Shown here piece after piece: positions 9,711 through 18,313 of a stretch of 64,000 nucleotides of DNA. The position numbers and the translations under genes are program-made. This DNA is from an uncultured delta proteobacterium (lineage in GTDB: Bacteria > Myxococcota_A > Polyangia > Polyangiales > Polyangiaceae). The notes beneath the pieces are model-generated. The model worked only from the letters and a program-made list of their open reading frames with translations, was not told where the DNA came from and did no database searches. The DNA is taken from contig CAWDXG010000004.1 in NCBI GenBank assembly GCA_963806225.1, positions 128,001 through 192,000 of the forward strand. Direction: 5' to 3'. Each line of letters begins with the position of its first letter. The first letter of the stretch is position 1.

Positions 9711-10489
9711 TCGGTGCGGCCCTCCGTCGTTGGCTTGGCTGTGCCGCTGTCGGCCCCGGCGCTGTCCGCCGCTTCCGGCCCCGCCTTGGAATCCGGCGTT
9801 TCCTTCGAGGTCGTGCGGGTCGGATCGACCGGCTTGGTGGTCCCCGGCTTTCCGGCCTTGGGTTCGCTGCCCGTGGTTGCCGCCTCCGGCTCGACCTTTG
9901 GCTTGGCTTCGGCCTTCGGCTTGTCGGCCTTGGGCTCGGCCTTCGGCTTGTCGGCTTTGGCTTCGGCCCTCGCCGCCTTCTTGGCCGCCTTGGCGTCCGG
10001 TTGGCCGCGCTTCGGGTCCTGCATGCCCATCAGGAGCGACGCGGTGGCCCAGGTGGCGGGCTTTTCCGTCTCGTTCTCGTAGAGGCGATCCATCGTGAGG
10101 CACAGCGCCTCGCGCGAGTAGCCGGGTGTCTCGGCAACGCGTGTCATGACGATGGCGTCCGTCGGACAGACCTGCACGCACAGCTCGCAGAAGATGCAGG
10201 CGTTCAGGTCGAGCACGAAGTCCTTCGCGTAGCCGCGGCGCTTGCCCGTGACCGGCGACTCCTTCTTCTCGGCGATGACCGTGATGACCTGCGACGGGCA
10301 GATGCGCTCGCACTGCAGACACCCGACGCACAGCTCGTCGTCCTCGCTGTCGTGCAGGAGCGCGAAGCTCGTGCGGTAGCGCTCGGAGCGTTCCCGTATC
10401 TCCTTCGGGAACTGCACCGTGGTCGGCGTGCGGAAGGCGTTGCGCATGCTCGTGCCGAGCGAGCGCAGGCTATCGAGGAAATACCCCAT
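9707..10489 (-). CDS. nuoI: NADH-quinone oxidoreductase subunit I with long Lys/Ala/Pro-rich C-terminal tail
   Basis: Two 4Fe-4S motifs CVGCLQCERICP and CIFCELCVQVCPTDAI; low-complexity tail. Confidence 0.93.
   Translation of the reverse strand: MGYFLDSLRSLGTSMRNAFRTPTTVQFPKEIRERSERYRTSFALLHDSEDDELCVGCLQCERICPSQVITVIAEKKESPVTGKRRGYAKDFVLDLNACIFCELCVQVCPTDAIVMTRVAETPGYSREALCLTMDRLYENETEKPATWATASLLMGMQDPKRGQPDAKAAKKAARAEAKADKPKAEPKADKPKAEAKPKVEPEAATTGSEPKAGKPGTTKPVDPTRTTSKETPDSKAGPEAADSAGADSGTAKPTTEGRTE
9909..9955. repeat. 27-bp-period direct repeat encoding KADKPKAE x2 in the NuoI tail
   Basis: tcggccttcggcttgtcggc at 9909-9928 and 9936-9955. Confidence 0.7.
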
Positions 10490-11568
10490 CACGGCACCTC
10501 CTCGTGGACGGGCGGCTGGGCCGGCATCGCCGAGGGAGCGGGCGGGGCCATGCCGGTCGCCGTCTGGTTGGGCGTGACGAAATTCACCCAGACCGCTGCC
10601 ACCATCACCAGGACCAGTCCGCCGGGCACCAGATACTTCCAGCAGAGCGCCAGCAGCTGGTCGGAACGGAACCGGAGCAGCGTCCAGCGGATCCAGAAGA
10701 TCGAGCCGAACAAGAGCAGCGTCTTGAGCACCATCCAGACGAGGCCCGGAGCGAAGGGCCCGTCCCAGCCGCCGAAGAACAGCGCGGCAGCGACGGCCGA
10801 GACGATCAGCGTGTGGAGATACTCGCTCAGATAGAACAGTCCGAACTGCATCCCGGTGTACTCGGTGGTCACTCCCGCGACCAGCTCGCTCTCTGCCTCG
10901 GGGATATCGAACGGGATGCGGTTCGCCTCGGCGAGCGACGCCATGAAGAACAGCACGAAAGCCAGGAACCCCGGTCCGGGCGGCCACGCGACGAACCAGC
11001 CATGGTGGACCTGGAACTGTACGATGTCGCTCAGCTTCATCGAGCCGGACAGCACGACCGGCACCATGGCTGCCAGGACCAACGGGATCTCGTAGGAGAT
11101 CCCCTGGGACACGGCGCGCATGCCGCCGAGCAGCGAGTACTTGTTGTTGCTGGCCCAGCCGGCGATCCACACCGGAAACACCATCAGGCCGCCCAGCGCG
11201 AGCAGGTACAGCACCCCGATGTCGAGATCGGCCGCGATCACGTTCCGCGAGAACGGGATCACCGCTGCGGTACCCAGCGCGAACAGCACCGTGAGCGGCG
11301 GCGCCAGACGGAACAGCCACTTGTCCGCGCTGGCCGGGACGATGCTTTCCTTTTGCAGCAGCTTCAGCGCGTCGGCCAACGGTTGCAGGAGCCCGGCCGG
11401 CCCCACCAGCGTCGGTCCGAGGCGGCTCTGCATGCGGCCGGAGAACTTGCGCTCGAACCAGATCGACCAGGCGGTGACCGTCATCAGCACCGTGACGATC
11501 ACGAGCCCGTACACGGCGCCGTGCAGGAGCGCGCCGCCGAACCCCTCGATACCGGCCAGCGCCTTCAC
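10489..11568 (-). CDS. nuoH: NADH-quinone oxidoreductase subunit H
   Basis: ERKFSGRMQSRLGP, QPLADALKLL, NRIPFDIPEAESELVAG; GTG 11568 overlaps nuoD stop. Confidence 0.95.
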   Translation of the reverse strand: MKALAGIEGFGGALLHGAVYGLVIVTVLMTVTAWSIWFERKFSGRMQSRLGPTLVGPAGLLQPLADALKLLQKESIVPASADKWLFRLAPPLTVLFALGTAAVIPFSRNVIAADLDIGVLYLLALGGLMVFPVWIAGWASNNKYSLLGGMRAVSQGISYEIPLVLAAMVPVVLSGSMKLSDIVQFQVHHGWFVAWPPGPGFLAFVLFFMASLAEANRIPFDIPEAESELVAGVTTEYTGMQFGLFYLSEYLHTLIVSAVAAALFFGGWDGPFAPGLVWMVLKTLLLFGSIFWIRWTLLRFRSDQLLALCWKYLVPGGLVLVMVAAVWVNFVTPNQTATGMAPPAPSAMPAQPPVHEEVP

Positions 11569-12758
11569 CGGTCCACCTCCCCGATGATCGGATCGGTCGA
11601 GCCCAGGATGGTCACCGCATCGCTCACAGTGTGCCCCGGTAGCACGTAGGGCAGACACGACACGGCGTGCAGGCTCGGCGGGCGGATCTTGAGACGATAG
11701 GGGCTCGCGCCCTTGTTCGCCCCGCCGCCGATGACGTACGTGCCGAGCTCGCCGCGCGGCGACTCGAGGCAGGCGTAGGCCTGGCCGCTCTGCGCGCGCT
11801 CCTGCGCGGCGATCTTGATCGGCTTGTGACCGCAGATCGGCCCTTCAGGCACGTTGTCGATGAGCTCCCGCACGATGCGGCTGCTCTCGCTCATCTCGCG
11901 GATGCGGACCAGCGTGCGTGCCAGCGAGTCGCCGGCCTTCTCCGTCTGCACCTTGACCTTGATCTCGTCGTAGGCGTGGTACGGCGCGTGGCGACGCAGA
12001 TCGTGGCTGACGCCCGCCGCCCGGAGCATGGGCCCGGTGATGCCGAGCTCCATCGCCAGCTCCGCCTTCAGCACGCCCACGCCGCGAGTGCGCTCGACGA
12101 AGATCCGGTTTCCGCTCATCAGCGATTCGTACTCGGGGATGCGCTGATCGATGACGTCGAGGGCCTGCTTCACGTGGTCGGCCCAGCCCGGCATGATGTC
12201 GTGGCGGTTCCCGCCGATGGTGTGCGTGTTGTAGTGGAAGCGACAGCCCGTCACCTCCTCGAACAGGTCGAGGATCGACTCGCGCTCGCGGAAGCAGTGC
12301 ATGAAGATGGTCGCGCCGCCGCCCAGCGCGCCGCCCAGGTCCATGCCGAAGGTGCCGAGCCACAGCAGATGCGACGCAATGCGCTGCAGCTCCGCCTCGA
12401 TAGTGCGGATGTAGCGGGCCCGCCGCGGCACCTCGACGTCGAGCAGCGCCTCGAAGGCCATGTTGATGGCCTGCTCGTTCATCATGGGCGAGACGTAGTC
12501 GTTCTTGTCCACGATCGGCGTTATCTGCGTGAACATCAGCTTCTCGCAGAGCTTCTCGACTCCGCGATGCAGGTAGCCCGCGTACGGCACTGCCTTGATG
12601 ATGATCTCGCCGTCCAGGAAGAGCTTGACGTGGAAGACCCCGTGCGTGGACGGGTGCTGCGGGCCCAGGTTGAGGACCATCAGGTCCGCTTCGGGCTCGT
12701 ACTCGTCGATATCGAGGTAGGGGTCCACCCGATCGGGGATCTCGACTGCCAGCGCCAC
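11565..12758 (-). CDS. nuoD: NADH-quinone oxidoreductase subunit D
   Basis: NLGPQHPSTHG, GYLHRGVEK, DKNDY, ESPRGELG, C-terminal GEVDR. Confidence 0.95.
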   Translation of the reverse strand: MALAVEIPDRVDPYLDIDEYEPEADLMVLNLGPQHPSTHGVFHVKLFLDGEIIIKAVPYAGYLHRGVEKLCEKLMFTQITPIVDKNDYVSPMMNEQAINMAFEALLDVEVPRRARYIRTIEAELQRIASHLLWLGTFGMDLGGALGGGATIFMHCFRERESILDLFEEVTGCRFHYNTHTIGGNRHDIMPGWADHVKQALDVIDQRIPEYESLMSGNRIFVERTRGVGVLKAELAMELGITGPMLRAAGVSHDLRRHAPYHAYDEIKVKVQTEKAGDSLARTLVRIREMSESSRIVRELIDNVPEGPICGHKPIKIAAQERAQSGQAYACLESPRGELGTYVIGGGANKGASPYRLKIRPPSLHAVSCLPYVLPGHTVSDAVTILGSTDPIIGEVDR

Positions 12759-12759
12759 G

Positions 12760-13251
12760 CTACCTCCAGGGGGGACACGCCGTATCGATGGCGTAGTCCT
12801 TGCGCAGTGGGTGCCCCTCCCAGTCTTCCGGCATCATCAAACGCCTGAGGTCGGGGTGATTTGCGAAGCGGACCCCCACCAGATCGTACTGCTCCCGCTC
12901 CTGCCAGTCAGCGCCGGCAAACAGCGGCACCAGCGATTCGATGTCCTCGTCCGTGGCGAGCCGCACACGCCACACGGCGAGCTTCGAGCGCCTTCCCGGC
13001 GTGCGCAGCCCCGTCGCGACCTCGTAGTGTTCGGGATCGGGGTCTCCGCCCTTCTTCGGCGTGGCCTCGAGCCAGTGGCTGGCGACGCAGAAGCCGTAGA
13101 TGCGGTAGCCGAGATCTTCCTTCAAGGCACGGGCCAGCTTGAAATGCCGGGCTCGGTCGAGCAGCGGCGGCACGTCGTCGGGGAACTCGTCCACGCCGAA
13201 CCGCTCACCCAGCAGCGCCACGACCTTCTTGTCGACAATGACGCCTTTCAC
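12760..13251 (-). CDS. nuoC: NADH-quinone oxidoreductase subunit C
   Basis: ADWQEREQYDLVG, HPDLRRLMMPEDWEGHPLRKDY. Confidence 0.93.
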   Translation of the reverse strand: MKGVIVDKKVVALLGERFGVDEFPDDVPPLLDRARHFKLARALKEDLGYRIYGFCVASHWLEATPKKGGDPDPEHYEVATGLRTPGRRSKLAVWRVRLATDEDIESLVPLFAGADWQEREQYDLVGVRFANHPDLRRLMMPEDWEGHPLRKDYAIDTACPPWR

Positions 13252-13961
13252 TTGTCGTCAAGCTCCTCCCCACCCTTCGAGCGCCGAACCTGTAGCAGAT
13301 TCAGCTCGCCGTGGGCACCAAGGGAGGCGGCGGACAGCACCTGCTGCGCGCTGATCTCCGGCGACCGCTCGGGGTCCCCGATCCGCGGGATGCTCGGCTT
13401 GCGTAGGTAGGGCGACGTCTCGGGCCGCTCTTCGCGCTCGCGCCACTTGCCGGCGCGCACCGCCCTCACCTTCTCCTGCAGGCGCAGCATGCCGTGCATG
13501 AGCGCCTCGGGATTCGGTGGGCAACCGGGTACGTAGACGTCGACCGGCAGGAAGGTGTCGATGCCGGGAACGACGGAGTAGATGTCCCGATAGAAATCGC
13601 CAGAAATCGCGCAGGACCCCATGGCTACGCACCACTTGGGCTCCGGCATCTGGTCCCAGAGCTTCTTCACGCGGGGCGCCATCTTTACCGTGATGGTGCC
13701 GGCCACGACCATCACGTCACACTGGCGCGGCGTCGCGCGGGGGATCGAGCCCATGCGGTCCAGATCCACCCGGCTGGCCGCGGCGGCCATGAATTCGATA
13801 CCGCAGCAGCTCGTCGCCATGGGAAAGATCCAGAGCGAGTTGTTCACGCCCCAGGTCAAGAGCTTGTCGACGCTGGTGGCGGCGACGTCCAGGCCCGGGA
13901 CCCTGAGCAGATAGTCGTACAGGGGGTGCGTGAACGACTGGCCGCCCTCGTCTACTGCCAC
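13248..13961 (-). CDS. nuoB: NADH-quinone oxidoreductase subunit B
   Basis: TSCCGIEFM, QMPEPKWCVAMGSCAISG, VDVYVPGCPPNPE; start (GTG 13961) approximate. Confidence 0.94.
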   Translation of the reverse strand: MAVDEGGQSFTHPLYDYLLRVPGLDVAATSVDKLLTWGVNNSLWIFPMATSCCGIEFMAAAASRVDLDRMGSIPRATPRQCDVMVVAGTITVKMAPRVKKLWDQMPEPKWCVAMGSCAISGDFYRDIYSVVPGIDTFLPVDVYVPGCPPNPEALMHGMLRLQEKVRAVRAGKWREREERPETSPYLRKPSIPRIGDPERSPEISAQQVLSAASLGAHGELNLLQVRRSKGGEELDDK

Positions 13962-14323
13962 TTGAGCGCTCCTTTCTTCAGCGCGTACGCCCACCCCAGA
14001 AGGAGCACCACGACGAAGATGACCATGTCCACGATGGCGACGCCTCCGAGCTGACGGATCGACAGCGCCCACGGGAACAGGAACACGGCTTCTACGTCGA
14101 ACAGCACGAAGACGAGAGCCACCACGTAGTAGCGCGGATGGAACTTGATCCACGCCGGACCTTCGGGTTCCTCACCACACTCGTAGGTCAGGGTCTTCAG
14201 TCGCGAGCTGTGCCTGGCCTTGACGCCCAGCAGGCGGGCGGCGACCAGCATGCTCACGCCGACGACGGCAGATAGAACCAGAAACGCGAGGGCTGCGCCC
14301 CACTGTTGCACGGTTGCCTCCAT
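13952..14323 (-). CDS. nuoA: NADH-quinone oxidoreductase subunit A
   Basis: TYECGEEP, YYVVALVFVLFDVEAVFLFPWA, KKGALKW. Confidence 0.95.
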   Translation of the reverse strand: MEATVQQWGAALAFLVLSAVVGVSMLVAARLLGVKARHSSRLKTLTYECGEEPEGPAWIKFHPRYYVVALVFVLFDVEAVFLFPWALSIRQLGGVAIVDMVIFVVVLLLGWAYALKKGALKWQ

Positions 14324-14368
14324 GAAGGCGCATGCGCGGCCAGGCGACCCGGCTCGCACTCGCGTGGC

Positions 14369-14398
14369 GTTCTAGCACTCGTTAAAGCGCATCAGCAA
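14369..14398 (-). promoter_or_regulatory. putative sigma70 promoter of the nuo operon
   Basis: Minus strand TTGCTG-N18-TAGAAC with an extended -10 TG, about 45 bp upstream of nuoA. Confidence 0.3.
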
Positions 14399-14435
14399 GG
14401 CCCCGCGTGGGCGGAGTCCGGGCAGCTGACAGCGG

Positions 14436-14988
14436 TCACAAGCGGTCGAGCTCGTCGTCGATGCGTGCGTCGAGGTCGTCGGCCTCGGCGTCCTCTGGCT
14501 GGTCCGGGCCCGCAGGGGCGTCGCTTCCGGAGTCCGTCCCGGACTTTTCGCCGCCGCGGCGGCGCCAGCGCACGAGCAGGCCGACCGCACCGATCCCGGC
14601 AAGACCCATGGCCAGCGACATGAAGATGGCGACTGATTTGAGCGGACTGTCGGGCGGAACTGCTGAGGATCCGCTTGCCGTAGCGGCGGACCAGATCCGC
14701 TTTGATCGACTCGGCGCTCTCGCCGGCGCGCAGGCGTCTGCGCACCTCGCGCTTGAGCTGGTCGGCGATGGCCGAGCCGTGGATGTCGATGGTCTGGGTC
14801 CAGCAGCACGGGGCCATGATCTGGCCTTCGAGCGCAGCAGCGCCGGGAACGTAGCCGCTGTCGTCTGCGCTCGCAGCCTTGTGCTTCGCCTGGGGCTCTG
14901 CGGGTGTCCCGGACTGCGCCAGGGCAGGAGCCGCGACGAACAGGCCGATCGCAAGAGTCACCACGATTGCGCGGGGAGAGAGCTTCAT
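14436..14988 (-). CDS. ccmH: cytochrome c biogenesis CcmH/NrfF-family protein (split by a 1-nt frameshift near 14664, probably a sequencing error)
   Basis: Signal peptide, LEGQIMAPCCWTQTI, LVRRYGKRIL continuing in another frame as AVPP + TM helix + acidic DARIDDELDRL tail. Confidence 0.75.
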
Positions 14989-15073
14989 ATCGCGGCTAGC
15001 TTGCCATGCCGTGAGCAGAACGCACACCGGACGGCGGGCCAGTTTTGAGGAGCATCATCCAGGACCACCGGAT

Positions 15074-16459
15074 TCAGACCGACCGGGCGCGCTCGATGGC
15101 CGCCCACGTATTTTCGGGGCCGATAACCTTCTCCCGCACCTTTCCGAGGCGCTGGCCGGCCTGCTGCTCCGCCGTGTCCAGGAGCCGCCATTCGGCGGCG
15201 CCGACCACTTTCACTCCCCGCTGCTCCAGCAACCGGTCGATCGCCCCCAGCAGCCCCGCTCTGCCCACGAGGTCGGGCGCGTCCGCGAGCATGCACGCGA
15301 CGGTTTCTAGCGCATCCTTCTTGTTGGTGCCGATGAGCCCCGTCGGGCCGCGCTTGATCCAGCCGGCAACATACATCCGCGGCACAACGTCGCCTCCCGG
15401 AACCCCGGTCACTCGACCGCCCCGGTTGGGCACGCGCGCCAGCTTCAGGTCGAAGGGCACTCCGGCGATGGGAACCGCCTGATAGCCGATGGAACGCAGG
15501 AGCAGGCTCGTTTGCAGCGTCTCGTATCGACCGGCGCCGCGAGCCGTCATGCGGCCGTCCGCGCGCCGCAGAAGCTCGTTCCGCTCGATCCGCACCGCCT
15601 CGAGCCGACCGCCGCGACCGACGAGCTCGACCGGAGATGCGAGGAAGCGCAACACCACCCTTCTGGGCGCTCCGCTGGGGCCGCGCTCGGCCAGCCGTGC
15701 CATCAGCTCGACTTTCTCGCGCACCGTGTGTGCGTGGGGACCCAGCTCGGCCAGCGCAGGAGCGATTTCCGCGGGGTCGACGATCACATCGACGCCGTCC
15801 AGCCCGGCGATCGCGGCTAGCTCCTGCGCGTCGAAGGCGGCCTCGGCCGGTCCGCGGCGCCCGAGCACCACCACCTCCCGGACGCGACTCTGCCTGAGCG
15901 CGTCGAGCGCGTAACCCGTGATGTCGGTCGGCGCCAGCTCGTCCGGATCGCGAACGAGGATCCGCGTTACATCCAGAGCGACGTTGCCGACCCCGACCAC
16001 CACCGCACGCCGCGACGAGAGATCGAAGTGCTCGCCGGCGAAGTCGGGATGGCCGTTGTACCAACCGACAAACGCCGCCGCGCCGTGACATCCAGCCAGA
16101 CCCTCGCCGACAATGCCGAGCTTCCTGTCCGTCGCCGAGCCTGTGGTTAAAAGGACCTGGTCGTACAGATCCAGCAGCTCCTCGATCGTGACATCCCGCC
16201 CCACCTCCACATTGCCGAAGAAACGACAGTGCTCGGTCGCCACGGTCCGCTCGAAAGCCGCGCTGGCGCGCTTGATGCGCTGGTGGTCCGGCGCGACCCC
16301 GAAGCGCACCAGCCCGAACGGTGCCGGCAGCCGCTCGAACAGGTCGACCTCCGCGACGAGGCCAGGCGCGCCGAGCAGCGCTGCGGCAGCGTAGAAACCC
16401 GCAGGACCGGCTCCCACGATGGCGACCCGCAGCGGTCGCGTCTGGCTGATATCGGTCAT
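15074..16459 (-). CDS. ferredoxin-NADP+ reductase, FprA/adrenodoxin-reductase type
   Basis: VAIVGAGPAGFYAA, PFGLVRFGVAPDH, GVGNVALDV, GWIKRGPTGLIGTN. Confidence 0.9.
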   Translation of the reverse strand: MTDISQTRPLRVAIVGAGPAGFYAAAALLGAPGLVAEVDLFERLPAPFGLVRFGVAPDHQRIKRASAAFERTVATEHCRFFGNVEVGRDVTIEELLDLYDQVLLTTGSATDRKLGIVGEGLAGCHGAAAFVGWYNGHPDFAGEHFDLSSRRAVVVGVGNVALDVTRILVRDPDELAPTDITGYALDALRQSRVREVVVLGRRGPAEAAFDAQELAAIAGLDGVDVIVDPAEIAPALAELGPHAHTVREKVELMARLAERGPSGAPRRVVLRFLASPVELVGRGGRLEAVRIERNELLRRADGRMTARGAGRYETLQTSLLLRSIGYQAVPIAGVPFDLKLARVPNRGGRVTGVPGGDVVPRMYVAGWIKRGPTGLIGTNKKDALETVACMLADAPDLVGRAGLLGAIDRLLEQRGVKVVGAAEWRLLDTAEQQAGQRLGKVREKVIGPENTWAAIERARSV

Positions 16460-16503
16460 ACCCGCCTACGTGGTGCAATTCGCGGGCCGTCGTCAGCCCC
16501 TGC

Positions 16504-16569
16504 TTGACGGGATCCCGGCAGGGACCTAATGGTTCAAAAGATTTTGAAACTTCCGAGGGCTGCCGGGAT
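16504..16569. promoter_or_regulatory. divergent promoter region with nested dyad (candidate operator)
   Basis: TTGACG at 16504-16509; TTCAAAA-GA-TTTTGAA at 16533-16548; outer arms ATCCCGGCAG (16512-16521) and CTGCCGGGAT (16560-16569) share the same centre. Confidence 0.6.
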
Positions 16570-16625
16570 ATCCAGATGCATACCAGTCAGCATGGTGGCG
16601 CCGCCGGGGACCATGGAGGTGGAGC

Positions 16626-17600
16626 GTGATCGTGGTGCTGGAACAGGGCGCCGATCCCGTCCGCATCCAGCGCGAGCTGGTGGAGCACGGCCTGTGGGTC
16701 GTTCCCCTCGAAGGCGGACCCACCCCGCAGTTCCTCGTGGAGCCGCAGTCGGCGGCTGCCGCGCGCGAATCCCTGCTGGGGATCGCTGGCGTGGCGGCTG
16801 TCGCGACGCCGCGCTCGGCGCATCCGCTGATCGACGCCCAGCCCGCCGTGGTGCAGATCGGCGCGACACGCCTGGGCCCCGGAGCGCCGCCTGTCTTCAT
16901 CGCCGGGCCGTGCAGCGTCGAGTCCGAGCCGCATATCCACGCGATCGCGGAGCGTCTCGCGGGACAAGGTGTGCGGTTCCTGCGTGGCGGGGCGTTCAAG
17001 CCGCGCACGTCACCCTACGCGTTCCAGGGTCATGGCGAGGCGGCGCTCTGTTGGCTGCGCGACGCGGCGGACGAACACGGCCTGGCGGTCGTGACGGAGG
17101 TGCTCGACCCGCGCGACGTAGAGCTCGTCGCGAGCGCTGCCGACCTGCTGCAGATCGGCTCGCGCAACATGCAGAACGCCCCTCTGCTGCGAGCGGCCGC
17201 CGCGGCGCACATGCCCGTGCTCGTCAAGCGCGGCATGGCGGCCACCATCGACGAGTGGCTGCTCGCGGGCGAGTACTGCCTGCTGCACGGGGCGCCTTTC
17301 GTGGTGTTCTGCGAGCGCGGTATCCGGGGCTTCGATTCGAGCACCCGGAATCTGCTCGACCTGGGGGCCGTCGCGCTGTTGTCGCAGGTCTGCAAGCTGC
17401 CGGTGATCGTCGATCCGTCGCACGCTGTCGGCCGGCGCGATCTGGTGCCGGCGCTGAGCCGCGCCGCGATAGCCGCGGGCGCCGCGGGGCTGATGCTCGA
17501 GACGCACGACGACCCGGGCCGTGCGCTCAGCGACGGGCCGCAGGCGTTGTTGCCCGACCAGCTCTGCGAGCTGCTCGCAGACCTGGGAGCCGGACGATGA
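16626..17600 (+). CDS. aroF: 3-deoxy-7-phosphoheptulonate (DAHP) synthase, type I-beta
   Basis: IAGPCSVES, GGAFKPRTSPY, IGSRNMQN, CERGIR, IVDPSH, ALSDGPQ; SD GGAGG upstream. Confidence 0.9.
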   Translation: MIVVLEQGADPVRIQRELVEHGLWVVPLEGGPTPQFLVEPQSAAAARESLLGIAGVAAVATPRSAHPLIDAQPAVVQIGATRLGPGAPPVFIAGPCSVESEPHIHAIAERLAGQGVRFLRGGAFKPRTSPYAFQGHGEAALCWLRDAADEHGLAVVTEVLDPRDVELVASAADLLQIGSRNMQNAPLLRAAAAAHMPVLVKRGMAATIDEWLLAGEYCLLHGAPFVVFCERGIRGFDSSTRNLLDLGAVALLSQVCKLPVIVDPSHAVGRRDLVPALSRAAIAAGAAGLMLETHDDPGRALSDGPQALLPDQLCELLADLGAGR

Positions 17601-18313
17601 GCGCCCCGGAAACGGTACGCGGCGGGTCGGGCGCCATGTTCGACAACATCGCGCCGCGCTACGACCTGATGAACCGCCTGATCTCGCTCGGTGTCGACCA
17701 GAGCTGGCGGCGGCGCACGGTGGCGGCGCTCGAGCTGCCGCGTTGCCGTCAGGTCCTCGACCTGGCCACGGGCACCGGCGACCTGGCGATCCAGGTGGCA
17801 GAAACGGCCGGCGAGGTCGAGGTCGTCGGACTGGATCCGTCGGAGCGGATGCTCGAGATCGGCCGCGACAAGGTCCGCGCCGCCGGGCTCGCCGAACGCG
17901 TCGAGCTCGTCCAGGGCGACGCGGAAGAGCTCCCCTTCGAGGACGATACCTTCGACGGCGTTTGCATGGCGTTCGGGATCCGCAACGTACCCGACCGCGC
18001 GCGAGCGCTGTCGGAGATGCGCCGCGTGACGCGCCCGGGAGGGCGCATCGCGATCCTGGAGCTGAGCGAGCCGCGCCGCGGCCTGCTCGCGCCGATGGCG
18101 CGCTTCCACGTGCACACCGTCGTGCCCTGGCTCGGTTCGCTGATCTCCGGAGCACGCGAGTACCGCTACCTGCAGCAGTCGATCGCGGCGTTCCCGCCCG
18201 CAGAGGAGTTCGGCGGGATGATGCAGAGCGCGGGCCTCGACGTGCTGGACATCGTGCGACTCACGTTCGGGGTCTGTCATCTGTACGTTGCGACGCCGGG
18301 GACCAGGGCGTGA
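17597..18313 (+). CDS. menG: demethylmenaquinone methyltransferase (UbiE/MenG)
   Basis: MFDNIAPRYDLMNRLIS, VLDLATGTGD, AFGIRNV, YRYL; ATGA overlap with upstream gene. Confidence 0.92.
   Translation: MSAPETVRGGSGAMFDNIAPRYDLMNRLISLGVDQSWRRRTVAALELPRCRQVLDLATGTGDLAIQVAETAGEVEVVGLDPSERMLEIGRDKVRAAGLAERVELVQGDAEELPFEDDTFDGVCMAFGIRNVPDRARALSEMRRVTRPGGRIAILELSEPRRGLLAPMARFHVHTVVPWLGSLISGAREYRYLQQSIAAFPPAEEFGGMMQSAGLDVLDIVRLTFGVCHLYVATPGTRA

Noticed and set aside
11565..13961. Group 4 [NiFe]-hydrogenase interpretation of the EFG-less cluster
   Set aside because: The large subunit lacks both Ni-binding CxxC motifs (has DKNDY and GEVDR), and the small subunit has complex I-type tandem CC
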